A stretch of 51,972 nt of DNA from Candidatus Saccharimonadia bacterium (GCA_041487535.1 JBGPNM010000001.1:1-51972); one strand, 5' to 3'. Positions 16,745-26,278 are shown, counted from the stretch's first letter. Program-made: numbers and translations. The notes: a model not told the origin generated them from the sequence alone.

Positions 16745-17266
16745 ATGTTACGAAAGTTACAAAAAAATAAAACCAGTGGTTTCACCATCATTGAGGTGAT
16801 GATCGTACTGGCCATCGCCGGTTTGATACTACTCATCGTCTTCTTGGCCGTTCCGGCATTGCAGCGCAACTCACGCAATACGCAGCGCAAGAATGACGTC
16901 GCCGCATTGTTGGCCGGTGTTAGCGAATTCGTGAACAACAATAATGGGACGTTGCCAACGTCAGCCGCCTTTGCCAACGGTGCTGTCACCTTTGGTTGCG
17001 GTGGCGGTACGTGTACTACATCTGAGGCTAAGGTTGGTTACTTTAACCGTGGAATCGGCGCAGCTACCGGCCAAGTTAACATGCTTGCTGCCTATGCTGG
17101 TTCGGGGCCCTATACCACCGCAGCAAATGATCGTGTAACGATTGATCCGGCAGCCGGTTGTGCCGCAACCAATGCGTCAGTAGCCGGGTCAGCCCGCCAG
17201 CTCGCGGCGATTTACGAAGTTGAAAGCGGTACGGGTTCGTACGCAGGTGCTTGCCAAGAATCTTAA
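16745..17266 (+). CDS. Major type IV pilin
   Basis: MLRKLQKNKTSG|FTIIEVMIVLAIAGLILLIV is a class III signal peptide with G-1 and E+5. The protein has 173 aa and two Cys pairs. It has its own promoter and a strong terminator. Confidence 0.9.
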   Translation: MLRKLQKNKTSGFTIIEVMIVLAIAGLILLIVFLAVPALQRNSRNTQRKNDVAALLAGVSEFVNNNNGTLPTSAAFANGAVTFGCGGGTCTTSEAKVGYFNRGIGAATGQVNMLAAYAGSGPYTTAANDRVTIDPAAGCAATNASVAGSARQLAAIYEVESGTGSYAGACQES

Positions 17267-17287
17267 GCGCGTAAGATCGTAAGGCAA

Positions 17288-17322
17288 AAACAGACTCCGT
17301 AAAAGCGGAGTCTGTTTTATTT
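17288..17322 (+). terminator. Rho-independent terminator after the pilin gene
   Basis: 12-bp stem AAACAGACTCCG/CGGAGTCTGTTT with a 6-nt loop, followed by TTTTATTT. Confidence 0.85.
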
Positions 17323-17433
17323 AGGGCAAGAAGCAACGCTAAAGTTCTCTCTTAACACTAGAGTAGCTCGCCGGTCTTAGGCGGCCGTCTCTTATGCATT
17401 CATACGCCCGCGTAGTTGTGTTACCATAAGCGC

Positions 17434-18297
17434 ATGTACATAATCGTGCTCGCTGCGCTGGGGTTAGCCCTGGGGAGCTTTGTGAATGCGTTGGTGTGGC
17501 GGCTGCACGAACAAGAGGAGTATGCCCACGCAACGTCCAGGGCAAAAAGATCGAAAGCGAAGCAGACAGGGGCTAAAAATTTATCAATTTTGACTGGGCG
17601 GTCAATGTGCACCTCGTGCCATCATGTACTCGCAGCGAAGGACCTGGTACCAATTCTGAGTTGGGTAGCTTTACGCGGTAAATGCCGCTACTGCCACAAG
17701 CCGATCTCGTGGCAGTACCCCTTGGTAGAGCTCGTGGCGGTGCTGCTTTTTATCGCCTCGTACTTGTGGTGGCCGCTTGGCTTCGGCAGCGGGCTTGGAG
17801 TATTCAGCTTCGTCCTGTGGCTCATTTTTATTACTGCCTTTATGGCATTAGCCGTCTATGACCTACGTTGGTTCTTGCTACCTGACAGGGTGGTATACCC
17901 GTTAATCGGGCTTGCGGTGATCGAGGTTATCGCCGGCGCTGCCGTATTCGGCGGTGGTTGGGGCGCGGTTATGCAGGCCGCATGGGGTGTGCTGTTCAGT
18001 GCCGGGCTATTTTATCTGTTATATGTACTGTCGCGCGGCAAGTGGATTGGCTTTGGGGATGTGAAACTGGCGATTGTGCTTGGTCTGCTGGTCGGCGGGC
18101 CGTTGCATGCACTGCTGCTCATCTTCGTCGCCTCGCTGTTTGGGTCGCTGGTCGCTGTGCCGATGCTTATTCGGGGCAAAGCGAAAGCGACGACGCAAGT
18201 ACCGTTCGGGCCGTTTTTGCTGGCATCGGCTGTTGTTGTGGTGTTATTCGGCAGCAATATAGCAGTTTGGTACGGCCATTTGCTTCGTTTGCCTTGA
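17434..18297 (+). CDS. pilD: Prepilin peptidase (A24 family) PilD
   Basis: N-terminal Cys motif CTSCHH..x..CRYCHKPISWQYPLVEL, catalytic GFGDVKL, and multiple TM helices. The start is set at the ATG 17434 (MYIIVLAAL..). Confidence 0.92.
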   Translation: MYIIVLAALGLALGSFVNALVWRLHEQEEYAHATSRAKRSKAKQTGAKNLSILTGRSMCTSCHHVLAAKDLVPILSWVALRGKCRYCHKPISWQYPLVELVAVLLFIASYLWWPLGFGSGLGVFSFVLWLIFITAFMALAVYDLRWFLLPDRVVYPLIGLAVIEVIAGAAVFGGGWGAVMQAAWGVLFSAGLFYLLYVLSRGKWIGFGDVKLAIVLGLLVGGPLHALLLIFVASLFGSLVAVPMLIRGKAKATTQVPFGPFLLASAVVVVLFGSNIAVWYGHLLRLP

Positions 18298-18359
18298 CGC
18301 ATTACGAGTGGTCAGCTGACGCCGCGCCAGTAAAATATTGCTTATGCTATACTTGGCTT

Positions 18360-19208
18360 ATGCGTGCAGACGACCGTAAAGGCGGCCTTGGAACAGCGGG
18401 GTTTACTATTGTCGAGACGATGATTGTCCTCGCAGTAACCGGCGGCCTGTTCGTGGCTATTGCCGTGACGCTATCTGGTCGGCAGAACGCTGCGGAATTC
18501 AGTCACTCCATTCAGAGTGCGCAGTCGCGCATCCAGCAGGTAATTGATCAGGTTTCAGCGGGTTTTTACCCAAACAACGGCGATTTCACCTGTATGGCTG
18601 CAGGGGGCAACGTACAATTCGGCGGCAGTTCGAGCAGCCAAGGAACGAACCAAGATTGCGTATTTCTAGGGAAGGTTATCCAATTTGGCGTGCACGGCAC
18701 CGATCCGGAGCAGTACAATGTGTATACCGTAGCAGGGCTGCGCGGTTATGGCACGGGCGCAACGTCACCCTTTCAGAATGTCAGCCCGGCCGTTGTTGGC
18801 GTTGGCAGCAACTATACGGGCTATTCCCTGAGCGGAACCCTAGAATATGGTTTAACGACGCTTTGGGTAAAGTCCAACGGAACCGACGTTGGAGCCGTGG
18901 GCTTCCTGATGGAGCCCGGCACTCTCGACTCGACGACCGGGAGCTACGCTTCGGGAGGGCAACAAATTGATCTCGTACCTTTGCCAGGCACCAGCCTTAA
19001 TCAGACGATAAATAGTACCGCTGCCGCTATCGACAACAGACTTCAGGACCCGAACCTAACTGCCGATGCGCCGATTAATCCGCCAGGCGGTGTACAGATT
19101 TGTCTGGTGAGCGGTGCAACCAACCAGTCGGGGCTTATTACCATTGGCGGGTCCGGCCGGCAGCTGCTTGTAAAGCTTGATATTAAGAACAACGGGACAT
19201 GCACATGA
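18360..19208 (+). CDS. Minor pilin / pseudopilin-like protein
   Basis: MRADDRKGGLGTAG|FTIVETMIVLAVTGG is a prepilin motif. The start is set at ATG 18360, inside the over-long 416-aa track ORF that runs through pilD in another frame. TGCTATACT lies at 18345-18353. Confidence 0.8.
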   Translation: MRADDRKGGLGTAGFTIVETMIVLAVTGGLFVAIAVTLSGRQNAAEFSHSIQSAQSRIQQVIDQVSAGFYPNNGDFTCMAAGGNVQFGGSSSSQGTNQDCVFLGKVIQFGVHGTDPEQYNVYTVAGLRGYGTGATSPFQNVSPAVVGVGSNYTGYSLSGTLEYGLTTLWVKSNGTDVGAVGFLMEPGTLDSTTGSYASGGQQIDLVPLPGTSLNQTINSTAAAIDNRLQDPNLTADAPINPPGGVQICLVSGATNQSGLITIGGSGRQLLVKLDIKNNGTCT

Positions 19209-19873
19209 GAAGCGGGCAGCAGTACATAAAAAGAAGTGAATTAGGCTCGGCCGGTTTTACCGTCCTGGAGCTCTTGATTGCAGCAACGGTGTTCGCCATT
19301 GTTCTGCTCGTCATAGCCAGTGGCGTTATTCGCTTTACAGCCGACTACTACAGAGGCATTACGAGCTCCAAAACGCAGACCACCGCCCGGTCGATCATGT
19401 CGCAGCTTGCTCAGTCCATACAATTCGGTAAATCAGTTACCCCAATACCGCCAGGAGCAAGCGGCGTCGCTGGCCTTTGCGTTGATAATACCTTGTACTC
19501 TTACATGCTCGGGCAGCAGGTAACAGATAGCGCTCCGAACAGTGGGCTCCACCAAGGCTACCACGCTCTGGTGGTGAGTAGTCCTGGTGACTGCTCATCG
19601 GGAGCGACGCCGGATTTGCCTGCCACTTCCGGCCTGCCTACAGGCTCTCGGGAGCTGCTCGGTCAGCACATGCGCTTGGGCGCGCTGGATGTGAACACCT
19701 CTGGTAATTTGTACATTATCCATGTCCGCATCATATACGGGGACGACGACCTGCTGAATCCTGCCGTAACAGGCAGTACTGACTGGGCAAACGAGACGTG
19801 CTCCGGATCCGCCGGTTCACAATTTTGCGCCGTATCCGACCTAACCACGACGGTGGGGCGCCGGCTGCAGTAG
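19199..19873 (+). CDS. Minor pilin-like protein
   Basis: ..SELGSAG|FTVLELLIAATVFAIVLLVIASG is a prepilin motif. It overlaps the previous gene by 10 nt. Confidence 0.8.
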   Translation: MHMRSGQQYIKRSELGSAGFTVLELLIAATVFAIVLLVIASGVIRFTADYYRGITSSKTQTTARSIMSQLAQSIQFGKSVTPIPPGASGVAGLCVDNTLYSYMLGQQVTDSAPNSGLHQGYHALVVSSPGDCSSGATPDLPATSGLPTGSRELLGQHMRLGALDVNTSGNLYIIHVRIIYGDDDLLNPAVTGSTDWANETCSGSAGSQFCAVSDLTTTVGRRLQ

Positions 19874-19906
19874 TTTTATGATGGGCGATAGGTTAATATA
19901 AGCAAT

Positions 19907-20971
19907 ATGACAAGAGGGGCCGAACGCGAAGCGGGAGTAATCTCCATCATGGTAACGATGGTCATGATGATAGTAATCAGTCTGATCGTACTGGGCTTCG
20001 CAGAAATTTCACGTACCGAGCAACGTAATACGCTCGATAGCCAGCTGAGCGTGCAGGCATACTATGCTGCCGAAAGCGGCATTAATGACGCGCGCGCGGC
20101 GATAAACAATTTTCTCGCAAACGGTCAATCCGTTCCGGACAAAACAGGTTGCGACAATCAGGATGCCAATTACTCGCTCAGCGGGACGGTGAACGCTAGC
20201 TTTAATGTCTCGTACTCTTGCGTGCTCATTAGTTCGGGCGTGACCTCGCTGACCTACAACGTGGGCTACAGTTCAACGGTGGTGCCAATAAATACCGGTA
20301 GTGTGAGCGTAGGTAATCTTCAGCTAGGCTGGAAAGTACCTTCCGGTTTGGCGTCAACGGCAACTGGATGTTTTACCGATGTCAGCCAGCTCGGCAGTTG
20401 GCCGGTAGCGAATGGCGGTGGCCAGTGGAGCTGCAACTATCCCGTCTTGCGCGTAGACTTGCTCGATGCCAATGGTACGCTAATCCGTGCTAATTGGCAC
20501 GCGAATACTACAACCATGTTTCTCGTGCCGTTCGATTCGGCTAGCGTGAATAATAACGTGAACTTCGGGGCCAACGGTACGCCTGTGCCTGCTCAGTGCG
20601 ATGCGACGAGTTGCATCGCGCAGATTGGCGGCCTGGGTGGCTCAAACTACTACATGCGCGTCACTACGCTCTACCGGACGGACTCATCGCTGACAATTAC
20701 CACCAACCCGAGCAAGACGTTCTACAATGCGCAGGCAACCATTGATGCGACCGGCAAAGCTCAAGATGTGTTGCGCCGAGTTTTGGTGGCGGTAGACCTT
20801 ACAGATGCTAATGCCCGTAAGGTACCGAGTGCCGCTATTATTACGGAAGATTCCATATGCAAGCGGTACGGTATTACCAGTGGATCGTTCAATGTCTATG
20901 ACGACATGAGTAGCGGTGGAGGCGGCAACCCGCTGTGCAACCTGCAATCTGTCGGGACGCCGAGTCCCTAA
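19907..20971 (+). CDS. PilX-like pilus assembly protein / minor pilin
   Basis: N-terminal hydrophobic helix followed by 'QAYYAAESGINDA', which resembles the PilX N-terminal domain motif (A.yaAEaG). 354 aa, Cys-containing. Confidence 0.65.
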   Translation: MTRGAEREAGVISIMVTMVMMIVISLIVLGFAEISRTEQRNTLDSQLSVQAYYAAESGINDARAAINNFLANGQSVPDKTGCDNQDANYSLSGTVNASFNVSYSCVLISSGVTSLTYNVGYSSTVVPINTGSVSVGNLQLGWKVPSGLASTATGCFTDVSQLGSWPVANGGGQWSCNYPVLRVDLLDANGTLIRANWHANTTTMFLVPFDSASVNNNVNFGANGTPVPAQCDATSCIAQIGGLGGSNYYMRVTTLYRTDSSLTITTNPSKTFYNAQATIDATGKAQDVLRRVLVAVDLTDANARKVPSAAIITEDSICKRYGITSGSFNVYDDMSSGGGGNPLCNLQSVGTPSP

Positions 20972-21015
20972 TTTAAGACGCCAGAATTTCGGTGCTCGCT
21001 GTCAATGTCCAGCGT

Positions 21016-21942
21016 CTATTCCTGTTGCCGATGGTGGAACTTCTCGTGCACTGCCTTCAGATGCGGATCAGTCACATGGGTATAGATTTGCGTGGTGCTG
21101 ATGCTACTGTGGCCCAGCATGGCTTGCACCGAGCGAAGATCGGCCCCGTTCATAAGCAAGTCGGTCGCGAACGAGTGGCGCAGCGTATGCGGACTGACTT
21201 GCTTAGTAATGCCGGCAAGCAAAGCATAGCGGCTGACGAGACGCTGGATGGAACGGGCAGTCAAGCGCTGGAAGTTGCCGGTCGTATCCGGCCGTTTGCC
21301 CTTCGGCTGTACGCGCAGGAACAGCGGCCGGGCATTATCCTCCCGGCGCTCCAGGTACCGTTCGATCCATGAGGCTGCCTCGGAGCTGATGAAAATCGGC
21401 CGGTCCTTCTGGCCCTTGCCGCGTACCGTAAACTCCCGCCGCTTCAGGTTAATATGATCACGATCAAGCCCGACGAGCTCACTGACACGCAAGCCGGAGC
21501 TAAACAGTAGCTCCAGAATCGCCCGGTCGCGCAGGCCGCCCAAAGTATGCAAATTTGGCTGTGCGAATATCCGTGTCAGCTCGTCCTCGTTCAGGAACGT
21601 CACCTGTTTGCGCTGTGTACGGGCCAGCTCAATTTTATCGGCAGACAGGGCAGGGATGTTGCGTTTGGCGCAGAGTTTTAAGAAGCTGCGCAAAGCAATA
21701 AGGTGATAATTGGATGTTGATTTTTGGAGTTCGTCAGCGGTGTTGGTGCCCAGGCGGTTGAGCCACAGCCGCCACTTCCGCACCAATTCCGCATTGATAT
21801 CGCTTACTTGAATGTCCCCGGCGAAGTCGATCAGCCGGGTAAGGTAGTGGTCGTAGTTGGCAATTGTCTTCTGCGAGCGGTTCTGCTCGATTTCCAAATA
21901 CTCCAGAAAGTCGGTCTTGGCCTTGGTAAATAGCATAATCAT
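21016..21942 (-). CDS. xerC: Tyrosine recombinase, XerC/XerD family
   Basis: C-terminal HTLRHSFATDLLMNGADLRSVQAMLGHSSISTTQIYTHV (R..H.R..Y catalytic pattern) and an N-terminal SAM-like core-binding domain. The start is set at the MIMLF.. Met. Confidence 0.9.
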   Translation of the reverse strand: MIMLFTKAKTDFLEYLEIEQNRSQKTIANYDHYLTRLIDFAGDIQVSDINAELVRKWRLWLNRLGTNTADELQKSTSNYHLIALRSFLKLCAKRNIPALSADKIELARTQRKQVTFLNEDELTRIFAQPNLHTLGGLRDRAILELLFSSGLRVSELVGLDRDHINLKRREFTVRGKGQKDRPIFISSEAASWIERYLERREDNARPLFLRVQPKGKRPDTTGNFQRLTARSIQRLVSRYALLAGITKQVSPHTLRHSFATDLLMNGADLRSVQAMLGHSSISTTQIYTHVTDPHLKAVHEKFHHRQQE

Positions 21943-22040
21943 ATTGTACGACAGCGAGGCAATGCACGAATAAGGTTTCGATAGGGGTGGCGCAGAAGCA
22001 TTCTCTCTGTTAGAATAGGGCCAACTAAGCAAGGATAACT

Positions 22041-22550
22041 ATGGAACGAACACTCGTGATTCTCAAGCCAGATACTTTGCAGCGGGCTATAGTCGGTGAA
22101 GTCATAGCCAGGTTCGAGCGGGCCGGCCTAAAGATTGTCGGCATGAAAATGGTGGCGCCCGACGAAAAGCATTTTCATGAGCACTACGAGGGTATTAGTA
22201 AGCTTATTAGCCGATGGGGCCAGGAAATTTACAATGTTACTATGGCCCAAATGACCGATGGGCCGGTTCTTGCGCTTGTGCTCGAGGGTATCGAGGCCAC
22301 TGCACATGTTCGCAAAATGGTTGGTGCCACCGACCCGAAGGAGGCCGCTCCGGGAACAATACGAGGAGATTACACCCATATCGCACGAGCCTACACAAAT
22401 GCGCGGGGCTCCACGATGCCCAACTTAATTCATGCTTCGGGCAACCCAGAAGAAGCGGCAGCAGAGATTAAGCTTTGGTTTAGACCATCGGAGCTTTACG
22501 AGTATAAAAACGTGCACGAAGCGGTAGTATACGGCAGGATTCCTGGCTAG
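22041..22550 (+). CDS. ndk: Nucleoside diphosphate kinase
   Basis: MERTLVILKPD..VGEVIARFERAGLKIVGMKM.. and NLIHASGN.EEA..EI.LWF, which contains the catalytic His. Confidence 0.93.
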   Translation: MERTLVILKPDTLQRAIVGEVIARFERAGLKIVGMKMVAPDEKHFHEHYEGISKLISRWGQEIYNVTMAQMTDGPVLALVLEGIEATAHVRKMVGATDPKEAAPGTIRGDYTHIARAYTNARGSTMPNLIHASGNPEEAAAEIKLWFRPSELYEYKNVHEAVVYGRIPG

Positions 22551-22708
22551 CTGAAATCTTTGGTCGATATCTTTAGGATTGACGCCGATAACCCTTGTCG
22601 AGTAGCCTAGTAAACAGGTGCGGTCTTGACAAGGTTAAAGCGGTAAGTGGTGGCTCATGCGGCGTTGCGCTAGCAAATAGAGGAAATGTCCAAGACGTGC
22701 ACCAACCA

Positions 22709-22783
22709 GTCCCCGTAGTTCAATGGATAAAATAGTTCCGTCCTAAGGAAAAGCTAGAGGTTCGAATCCTCTCGGGGGCACCA
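22709..22783 (+). tRNA. tRNA-Arg (anticodon CCT)
   Basis: I folded this manually. The acceptor is GTCCCCG/CGGGGGC, the anticodon loop is GTCCTAA (U33, CCT, A37), and the T-arm is AGAGG-TTCGAAT-CCTCT. It has an encoded CCA. The D-stem is weak. Confidence 0.8.
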
Positions 22784-23038
22784 AGCGTAAGCATTGTGAG
22801 CAACAACTGGAATAGGATCAGGCGTGTCTCGTTGGGCGACTCTCAAGGGGGATTATACACAAGAGACTTTGCCGCAATTAGGCATACTACCTTTGGCCGT
22901 GGTAACGATTTGTGGATCCAGAGTGTGCGGTTATTCTGAGTATACCGGTAGTTTAACGCTCGCTGCGTTGCATTATTCGTCGAGCAAACACCAGTAACCA
23001 CGCTAAGCTCAGCGGCAGTAATGAAATTTTAAGGTGCG

Positions 23039-24154
23039 ATGACAGAATTAATAAATTTTGGGCTTCAAGATAGAAGAGAATTTTTGCGAAACGCCGCGCT
23101 TGCAGTTGGCGGCCTTAGTTTGATGACCTTTTCGGAGTCATGCGGCAGTACAAACCAAGAGCTTCCAAGTTTTCCTGAGCTTGCGCTCGCGAATCATCAA
23201 CAAGCTCTCGTGGTGGCAATGAAGCAACCGACGGAACCGGATCCTTTTGAAATTAGCCGCGCGCTAGACGCTTTTAACGGAACAATCTCAAACTATTTAA
23301 AACGTGCTCTGCAGATTGATACAAAGTTTGCAATCTTAGGCGATAGATGGCAGACGGTACCCGACGATTTACGAACGAAAAGTAATTCAGAAATCCAAGC
23401 TATTGGAAACCGTCTGATTCCGAACTTTTCTCGAATAAGAAGTACTGATAATTTACCCGTCCAGACCTTGCTGTATATTGCGACTCATGGTAAGGAGATA
23501 AAAGACTATTATTTCGGAGGTACATCAAAGCCGTACAATATAATATTTGCCGAAGGTACTTCTATTACAATACGTAACGACGATACGCTGGAGCACGAAC
23601 TTGTACACTCGTTTGGGATTAGCGGGCATGATCAGCAGCTAAGTCTCACCGACCCGCATAACTTTGAAGACCTGACATCGTTCATCCTCTACGGAGGCGA
23701 CTCGTTGATGGGTAACAAAAAAGGGTTCCCCTGTGCTTTCGTAAGATACGCGCTTGATAAATTACCGCGTAGCCAAATTAAGTCGATCGCCAAAAACAAT
23801 AATCGACAAACCATCTCTTTAGAACATATGCAGTCTGAAGATCACAAAGGTTCTACGAAAGTAGTAAGAATACCGTTGCCTAACGGGCGTGCCTATTGGA
23901 TAGAGTTAGTAAACATGATCTCATTCTATGATTCGTCCGGTTTACAAATGCGCGTGACGGATGAGAATCCCCAGCACGACACGTTTCAGATAGTCAATCA
24001 AAAGAAAGATTCAAAGACGGGCAAATTAGTACCTCAGATGCAATTTTCAGAGAATACAGAAATTTATGACAATGTAAATGGTGTGCATGTAAAACTTCTT
24101 CACTATACGAACCAGCGGTATGATGGAGCCGAAGTAGCGGTTTGGTTTGATTAG
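23039..24154 (+). CDS. Tat-signal, lipoprotein-like putative zinc metalloprotease
   Basis: N-terminal twin-arginine motif QDRREFLRNAALAVGGLSLMTFSESC, and HELVHSFGISGH, an HExxH-type zinc site with downstream G and H. The gene is visibly more AT-rich than its neighbours. Confidence 0.6.
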   Translation: MTELINFGLQDRREFLRNAALAVGGLSLMTFSESCGSTNQELPSFPELALANHQQALVVAMKQPTEPDPFEISRALDAFNGTISNYLKRALQIDTKFAILGDRWQTVPDDLRTKSNSEIQAIGNRLIPNFSRIRSTDNLPVQTLLYIATHGKEIKDYYFGGTSKPYNIIFAEGTSITIRNDDTLEHELVHSFGISGHDQQLSLTDPHNFEDLTSFILYGGDSLMGNKKGFPCAFVRYALDKLPRSQIKSIAKNNNRQTISLEHMQSEDHKGSTKVVRIPLPNGRAYWIELVNMISFYDSSGLQMRVTDENPQHDTFQIVNQKKDSKTGKLVPQMQFSENTEIYDNVNGVHVKLLHYTNQRYDGAEVAVWFD

Positions 24155-24398
24155 CCAGGTTATTGGAAACGGATGGTTGGGGGTTATATCGGGTTCCCAT
24201 TCGCTTGGCATCCAGACGAGCAATGAGTTTTATGAGCTTCTTCTCTTTTAGGCTAGAATAAGAATTGTTTTTGCAATCCTGATTTCTCTGGTCATACTGA
24301 CGATTGCTTCCCAGTACTTTTCTCGGAACATATCAGCCAGGGGGCATCAGCATCAGACCGCACCATTTATTACGGCAGAGCTGCTACAATATCTATAT

Positions 24399-24992
24399 AT
24401 GGCCGAAAATGATTCCGGCAAAGAATCGGCGAAATCTTTCGAAGGTCAATTCGATGATGAAGACGTGCTCTTCATTTTTCGTCGTCACCCGCTCATTATA
24501 CGCAAAGGGCTGGTCATCAGCATGTCGTCGTGGCTCATCGGTCCCGTGGTGATACTCATTCTGACTTATGTCCGGCCCAATAACCCTCCCAGTATGGTGG
24601 CTTTCTTTCTGGCACTTATCGGCAGTATCGTCTTTGGTTCGCTCCTTTTGTTGCCTTGGTGGATCGGCTGGTATTTTAGCGTGTTTATCGTGACCACGCA
24701 GCGATTTGTGCAGGTCACTCAAAGCGGGTTATTTCACACCAGTTTTGCCGATATGAGCCTAAAGCAAATACAACAGGTGAATTACGACATAGCCGGTCTG
24801 CAGCAGACGCTGCTAGGGTTTGGTACAATAAAGATGCAGACATACATAGGTGAGTTGATTATCCATGACGTACCTCACCCTGCCAAAATACAGCGTAAGC
24901 TTGTCCAGGCGCTTCGCGACCACGGTGTTAAGCCCGTAGAGGTGCCGTTCAAACGGCTGAATGGCACAGAACCAGCAAACGAAGAAGTGTAA
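24399..24992 (+). CDS. Membrane protein with a bacterial PH (bPH_2/YdbS-like) domain
   Basis: FIFRRHPL.., two TM helices, then ..VTTQRFVQV....I..V.y....Q..LGFGTIKMQT.., the typical bPH pattern. Confidence 0.65.
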   Translation: MAENDSGKESAKSFEGQFDDEDVLFIFRRHPLIIRKGLVISMSSWLIGPVVILILTYVRPNNPPSMVAFFLALIGSIVFGSLLLLPWWIGWYFSVFIVTTQRFVQVTQSGLFHTSFADMSLKQIQQVNYDIAGLQQTLLGFGTIKMQTYIGELIIHDVPHPAKIQRKLVQALRDHGVKPVEVPFKRLNGTEPANEEV

Positions 24993-24998
24993 CGAACT

Positions 24999-26063
24999 AT
25001 GGCAATACGCATCAATAATATCCTCCCGGGGCGCAAGCGCGGTCAACAAGCGTCTGTACCGTTGAGCGCTGCCGATACTGTACGCATTACTAACGAAACT
25101 GTTGCGGCGAGACGCGACGAAGTGTTGGGGAGCGCCCGGAAGTACATTTATCCATTGCAAGCCTCCAAGCATCGTATCGTAAAGTGGTCCGTTGGTATAT
25201 TCGTTGCGTCCGTGGTCGGCCTCTTCGTCTTTTGCTGCCTGGAGCTGTATAAGTTCCAGTCCACATCAAGCTTTATCTACGGCGTGACACGCGTATTGCC
25301 GTTTCCGTTAGCTGTTATCGGCAACAGGTATGTCGTCTCCTACAATACGTATCTTTTTGAATTGCGGCACTACATGCACTATTACCAGACGCAACAACCC
25401 GATACCAACTTTGGTACGGCTCCAGGCAAGCAGCAGTTGGCGGTGCTTAAACAACGATCCCTGGATCAAGTCCTGAAAGCAGCCTATGTGCAGCGGTTGG
25501 CGGCTACAAACCATGTCACCGTCAACGATGGCGAGGTAGATGGGGCGGTGGCGCTGGTTCGTTCACAAAACCGGTTGGGCGCCAGCGACCAGGTGTTCCG
25601 GAATGTTCTGGGCGAATTTTGGGGTTGGTCGGTCGAGGATTTTCGCCGTGAGCTAAAGCAAGAGTTGCTTGAGCAGAAGGTCGTCGATAAGCTCGACACC
25701 AAAACACACGGCCGCGCTAACCAGGCGCTGGCGGAATTGCAGCGTGGCGCCGACTTTGCTACGCTTGCGAAGCAAGTTTCTGACGATGCCACTACACGGG
25801 CTAACGGCGGTGACTATGGCATAGCAATCAGCAGGTCCAATACTGGTATTGCGCCGCAGGTCGTCAGCCAGTTGTTCCAGTTAAAGCGCGGTAACTATTC
25901 GTGGATTATCAATACCGGGTACAGCCTGGAGATTGTAAAACTTACCGATATCCAGGGTAATACCGTCCGGGCGGCGCATATGTCGTTTAACTTCCGTCCC
26001 GTTACTGACTACACCAAGCCTCTGGAAGCCCGAGAGAAACCGCGCGTGTTTATACATGTTTGA
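24999..26063 (+). CDS. Membrane-anchored parvulin-type peptidyl-prolyl isomerase (PrsA/SurA-like)
   Basis: N-terminal TM, a SurA_N-like helical region, and the parvulin motif ADFATLAKQVSDDATTRANGGDYG. Confidence 0.75.
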   Translation: MAIRINNILPGRKRGQQASVPLSAADTVRITNETVAARRDEVLGSARKYIYPLQASKHRIVKWSVGIFVASVVGLFVFCCLELYKFQSTSSFIYGVTRVLPFPLAVIGNRYVVSYNTYLFELRHYMHYYQTQQPDTNFGTAPGKQQLAVLKQRSLDQVLKAAYVQRLAATNHVTVNDGEVDGAVALVRSQNRLGASDQVFRNVLGEFWGWSVEDFRRELKQELLEQKVVDKLDTKTHGRANQALAELQRGADFATLAKQVSDDATTRANGGDYGIAISRSNTGIAPQVVSQLFQLKRGNYSWIINTGYSLEIVKLTDIQGNTVRAAHMSFNFRPVTDYTKPLEAREKPRVFIHV

Positions 26064-26200
26064 TGCTATCTTGAGGGCTTGTCCCTAGCCATTGCTTTTG
26101 GCGCCTCACCCTGGTATTATGACCTCTGTTGTTCTGGTATTCTTGCCAAGACCAATAGAACAAATTAAGGCGCGTAGGCGTCTGTTTGTAGAGATAACGC

Positions 26201-26278
26201 GGGCTCGTAGTGAAGCTGGCCTATCACGCCTCCCTGTCACGGAGGAGATCGCCGGTTCGAATCCGGTCGGGCCCGCCA
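26201..26278 (+). tRNA. tRNA-Asp (anticodon GTC)
   Basis: The acceptor is GGGCTCG/CGGGCCC, the anticodon arm is CCTCC-CTGTCAC-GGAGG, and the T-arm is GCCGG-TTCGAAT-CCGGT. The discriminator is G and CCA is encoded. Confidence 0.9.
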
